In this document: positions 37,342 to 41,871 of the stretch, one piece after another
Numbering within the stretch: the first letter of the stretch is position 1
Layout: each line of letters opens with the position of its first letter
NCBI RefSeq assembly: GCF_001194135.2
Contig: NC_068983.1
Location: 139,100,432 to 139,142,302, forward strand
Reading direction: 5' to 3'
DNA: 41,871 bases
Origin: Octopus bimaculoides
Lineage: Eukaryota
Notes under the pieces: generated by a model
Told to the model about the DNA's origin: nothing
Database searches by the model: none
Seen by the model: the letters and a program-made list of their open reading frames with translations, nothing else
Translations under genes and position numbers: made by a program

Positions 37342-37404
<63 letters not shown>

Positions 37405-37440
37405 GTCTGTCTGTCTGTTCATCTGCCTGCCTGTCCACCT
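37342..37440. repeat. (TATC)n / (TGTC)n compound microsatellite
   Basis: Direct reading. Confidence 0.93.
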
Positions 37441-37459
37441 GTCTTTAAGTATATATATC

Positions 37460-37676
37460 TTTTATCTTTTACTTGTTTCACTCATTTGACTGCCGCCATG
37501 CTGGAGTACCGCCTTGAAAATTTTTTTAGTCGAATGCATTGACTCCGATACTTATAAAGCCTGCTACTTATTCTATTGGTTTCTTTGCCGAACCTCAAGA
37601 TTACGGGGACGTAAACACACCAGCACCTGTTGTCAAGCGGTGGTGGGGGAAAACCACAGAAACAGACACCACACAG
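37460..37676 (-). mobile_element. SINE 3' tail segment
   Basis: GCCATGCTGGAGTACCGCCTTGAA..TTAGTCGAA..TTATTCTATTGG..TTTGCCGAAC..TTACGGGGACGTAAACACACCAGCACCTGTTGTCAAGCG, same family as 6356-6550. Confidence 0.87.
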
Positions 37677-38819
37677 CCGCACACACACACAGACACACAT
37701 ACATACGGTACAAACTTAAACATAAAGGAAGATGGGATAAAAATAAAGAAAGGGTGTTTATTAGATTTACGGTGAGGATAATCACAGGTCCACTATTACA
37801 TAAAGTTAATGAAACTGGCATTGCTTCAAAAACATTTTTTAATTCTATGATTTCTTGATAAATTCCCTCCCCAAAATATAATCATATAAATAACCCCCTT
37901 TTCGAAAAGAAAGAGAATGTGGGGAACACATGTACACACGCACACTCACAAACACACGGACAAGCACGCGCGCACACACAGACACACGCACACGCACACG
38001 CACACAGACACACGCACACACACACATTCATTTCAGTTTCATACTTTGGCTTGTGGGAGGGTTTTGCGCTTTCATTCAACACTCTTAACTACAGAACTGT
38101 TGTCCCTTGCTTAGCAAAAGAAGTAGCTCCTAATACTCTCTTTTTTTGTTTGTTTTCACTATAACGTCATTTCAGCTTACAGTAAATTTTATGTACACCT
38201 GAACAAACCGCTCGCTTATTTGTGGATGGAACGTTAGGGCTAATTATATTCCATCACAGTTTGAATATAGACATGTTAGTCATGTTAGTCACCGATTTAT
38301 ACACCTTAAACATTTAGAATGATACTCTACATTCTGCGCAAATGCACTGCATATTAGCAACGCTAATATACTGAATATTTTCTATAAAATATCTCGTTAG
38401 CTATAGCAAAAAGTTTTTCTACTGTTAGAAGACTGCCACAAATATAGCCAATTATAAGTATTGAAGTAAATATTCCTCACAATGCAATTGTAACAAGGTA
38501 TTTATAACAAATCAATTGTAATAATGCAATTGCTATTATCATACAAATGGAAGGAGGGAAAAAAGGAAGAAAGCTATGTATTATTACAACGGCATTGACG
38601 TGAACAGCAATTACCGTTATAGAATCGTAAATTGCGCTGAGTTACATGTTTGTCATATGATCAAATACGGCATCTTGTTTCCAAGGAGAAACTCATAAAA
38701 GAGACATTTGCAGCTAAAGGGCCTCATAATAGATGGCATAATGTTGGCTGTAAAAGTGGCGATTATATGGCTTCACAATATAGTTTTTGGCGATATATAC
38801 TCTTTGAAATAGAGTCAGG

Positions 38820-38873
38820 GATAATGGTGATGATGGCAATAGTGATGATGATAACTATAATAGTGATGGTGGT

Positions 38874-38931
<58 letters not shown>

Positions 38932-39028
38932 TGAAGAAAGAAGAAGAAGAAGAAGAAGAAGAAGAAGAAGAAGAAGAAGAAGAAGAAGAAGAAGAAGAAG
39001 AAGAAGAAGAAGAAGAAGAAGAAGAAGA
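38820..39028. repeat. Compound trinucleotide array: degenerate (GAT/GGT)n, then (AAT)n, then (AAG)n
   Basis: Direct reading: (AAT)n at about 38877-38930 and pure (AAG)n at about 38933-39028. Confidence 0.95.
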
Positions 39029-39606
39029 ATGGTTGGAATATGAATAAGAGCAATAATGCGGATTTATAACTTAATCACAAAGAATTATTTTTCTCGGATG
39101 ATAAAGATATTGCTGGGCGAATCAACGGAAATACTTGACTGGTTCTTTCCTTATCGTCTCGATAGAATGAGTGTAAACAGCAATGGATTTTGAACACTTA
39201 ATGTAATGGAAGTTAGTAAATTGTGCAAATACTTTTCTCAACTGCTCTGATCATTTTTGATTCCCACTACTTCTTATATAATAGTAGTAATAACTATTTA
39301 TTTATTCCATATATTAATAAAAATGATTTCTGATATGTGCACATTTTGCGAGAGGTTGTGATCGATTACGTCGACCTCATTACTCCATTGACACATTTAT
39401 TACAGCACTGGGGGAATGAAAGGCAACGTAGACCACGCCGAGAGAATAATAACTATTATATTGTTTCCTTTATTAATGTGGAGTTACCAAAAACGTGTAA
39501 ACAGTAAAATATTGAAAGTAAAAACATAAAAATTTCAAACAAGAAATATTCCCCACCCGAAGGAGGAGATTTCTGAGATTACTCAGAGAAACTCCTCGAA
39601 ACGAAG

Positions 39607-40001
39607 GTTACCCCTCCCGCTTGGGCAAGCAAATTTTTAGCCATTCTCTTCTCTCAATCTTCGGGGGTATGCTAAGAGCAGATTCTTCGACCCAGACTAT
39701 CCATAAAACTCATACTTAGCTTTAAGAAATTTGCTGGAATACAACATTATTTCTACACCCTCATTTCCTTTCACAACTGAGACTTCAAAATGTTGAAGAG
39801 GGCGCGACCAAAGTTGAATGCATTTGTTTCAGTCCTGTCCGAAAATAAGGGTGTAGAAAGAATGTTGTATTCCAGCAAATTTCTTTAAGCTAAGTGTGAG
39901 TTTTAAGGATAGTCTGGGTCGAAGCATCTGCTTTGAACGTGCCTCCGAAGATTGAGAGAAGAGAATGGCTAAAAGATGCTTGCCCAAGAAGGAGGAGTAA
40001 C
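39607..40001. repeat. Long fold-back inverted repeat (arms of about 160 bp, spacer of about 73 bp)
   Basis: 39607-39767 is the reverse complement of 39841-40001 with scattered substitutions (about 85-90% by eye). Confidence 0.92.
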
Positions 40002-40826
40002 ATGTGAAGGCCAACAGACAGATAAAAAAAACTGCTTATTCTGTGAAAAACTATGGTATTGGGTATGTTGTTTAGTATAGACTCTTTTGATAGCTGGATC
40101 GGTACTACAAGTGATATTAGGTGTTTGACCCAATTCAACGAGTCAACAATACTCGGGCAGAGGAGAGCGCGTACAAAACAGTTTTATCGCTCTACGGCAA
40201 TCTTGAGAAGGACCGGTTAGTGACACTTCTATACCCATAAGGTTTTTCCACACTCTGTAGCACTACCAGGTTAAAAATTTATGGAAATTATCTATGGGGC
40301 CCCAGTTCGAATATCTTCGAGAAAAAACTGGTCAGTTAATTCTCATTGACGCCTGAGCATCTCCTAGAAAGTCGTCACTCTTTCCTGCTACTTTCTATAG
40401 CTTTCACTATCACGCCGTAATGTGATGGCAGTTGGTTGTTCCAGTGGCGGCTACACGATGGGTTCACGATGTGAATAGCGAGGAGGCTGTGGGAAACCGG
40501 TTTATATTTACAGATTCAACAACCATCTCATCCCTTCATTTGCGATACCATGTATGTTTTTGTATTTTCAAGTGGTTTAATTGCAGGAAAAGAAGTATTA
40601 GATTTAATCCCAAAATGACAAAACAAAAGCGTAAATGAACAGTTCTGTAGGATTCTATTCGGTTTCGAAATAAAACAGAGTAAACACATTGGAAGTTGCC
40701 TTTTTATCACAGTTACAACAAAGATACACGAGCGATTTAAAAGGGGGCAACAGCAACAGCAGCAAAAACAACGACGATGATGATGATGATAGTAATAATA
40801 ATAATAATAGTAATAATAATAATAAT

Positions 40827-41250
40827 CAGGACATGACAGAGTTGGCCAATATCTACATTGGATAATGTTTCGGCATTATAAATTTAAAACTGCTGACAAA
40901 TAGTAAAAGCACCCGTCCTGCGGCTCTAACTGAGGGAGAAAATATAACTATTCTTTGGGAAAATTGTTGTGAAACGTCAAAACAATAAAGTTTGTTTATT
41001 GATTGACATGAGCATACCCTGTGACCATAATATCTCGGAAATAGAATTTGATAAACTCAGAAAATAAAATGCTAATCGAAATCGAAAAGATGTGTCATTT
41101 CAAGACGGTTACAATGCCAGTGATTGTAGCAGCACATGGAATGATAAAAAAACTGAAAATTATTTAAGAATGATCCCTTGCTTAGCGTCGATGCAGAAAG
41201 TACAAAAGATTGTCTTAACTGGTACGTCACACGAATCTAGAAGAGTATAG
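40827..41250 (+). mobile_element. R4/Dong-clade LINE 3' fragment (restriction-like endonuclease domain), 5'-truncated
   Basis: HDRVGQYLHW..TILW [deletion removing the N.PD motif] IVVK..KVCLLIDMSIPCDHNISEIEFDKL..IEIEKMCHFKTVTMPVIVAAHGMIKK..VQKIVLTGTSH. Begins directly after a (TAA)n tract. Confidence 0.85.
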
Positions 41251-41409
41251 TCGCTGTGAATTTTCTTTCGTTTTCCTCCTTTATTTTTTTTATTTTCACG
41301 TGTCTCTCTCTGTCTTTTCACCCCTTTTTCTCTATCACATGAGTTTGTAAATGAACAATCTGGTGTGTTTATTTTAATGGTCTACCAATGTATACAATAC
41401 GTTTTTCTG

Positions 41410-41871
41410 CCCTAGGTGTCAGGCAGACACTCGGCAAGAAATGGAAACAGAATCAACCAGACATAGTCATTAAAGACGAGGAAGAAATGTTGACAGAAAA
41501 ATACGAAAACTGTTGTCAATGCATAGAATGCACTACCCTAAGGCAGATATAGAACGTCTTTATCTGCCAAGAAAAGAGGGAGGCCATGGACTTCTACAGA
41601 TGGCATTAACAATGAAGGTAGCCACAATTGGCCTAGACACTTATTTGAAAAACTCTGAGGACTGGATGCTAAAACTTGTCTCAAAACATGAAAAACAAGA
41701 AAGCATCTTACTCAGTAACAAAACAGGCAAAGTAATATCTAAGTGAATTCCAATTGCAACAAATTCAAGAATTAGACGAACTAGAAACACCTGCAGAAAA
41801 AGCTAAGCGCTTGAAAACCCGTGCTAAAATTGCTGCCTTAGATATTATGACTGAAAAATGGCATGGAAAAC
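41410..41871 (+). mobile_element. R4/Dong-clade LINE fragment (post-RT region), running off the window edge
   Basis: DRKIRKLLSMHRMHYPKADIERLYLPRKEGGHGLLQM..., frameshift, ..AKRLKTRAKIAALDIMTEKWHGK. Preceded by a short NQPDIVIKD segment (about 41448-41478). Confidence 0.87.

Noticed and set aside
40150-40551. GC-richer segment with an acceptor at 40400 and a GTATGT donor near 40551
   Set aside because: The frames from the strong acceptor hit stops and the open frame needs a weak acceptor; no homology recognised.
1-41871. CRISPR array, rRNA or prokaryotic operon
   Set aside because: No repeat-spacer array, rRNA-like sequence or dense ORF packing; the sequence is eukaryotic repeat-rich DNA.

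Overview
AT-rich, microsatellite-dense animal genomic DNA with nine assembly gaps (655-664, 2920-3066, 6640-6993, 7689-8280, 15578-15743, 24837-25003, 26107-26741, 27447-27573, 29188-29348). The SINE families and repeat density suggest a coleoid cephalopod, probably Octopus (inference from recalled repeat sequences, not a database result). No intact host gene can be demonstrated. Most ORF-track entries are microsatellite or N-run artefacts, and only a few low-confidence plus-strand exon-like segments remain. Recognisable content is decayed mobile DNA: a DD37D (maT) Tc1/mariner deletion derivative, a pogo/Tigger-like MITE, a near full-length broken piggyBac, a Penelope-like GIY-YIG fragment, RTE, CR1-like and R4/Dong LINE fragments, an LTR-like segment and several tRNA-derived SINEs. 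The most notable structure is a set of type I hammerhead ribozyme (HHR) motifs from several sequence families. Four have intact CUGANGA and GAAA cores (8802 +, 25096 -, 29752 -, 33193 +), one has a single core substitution (25845 +) and two are decayed (537 +, 20492 -). They co-occur with four long fold-back inverted repeats (arms about 88-325 bp); two of these contain HHR motifs and a third abuts an HHR-like hairpin. Ribozyme activity, transcription and editing are untested inferences.
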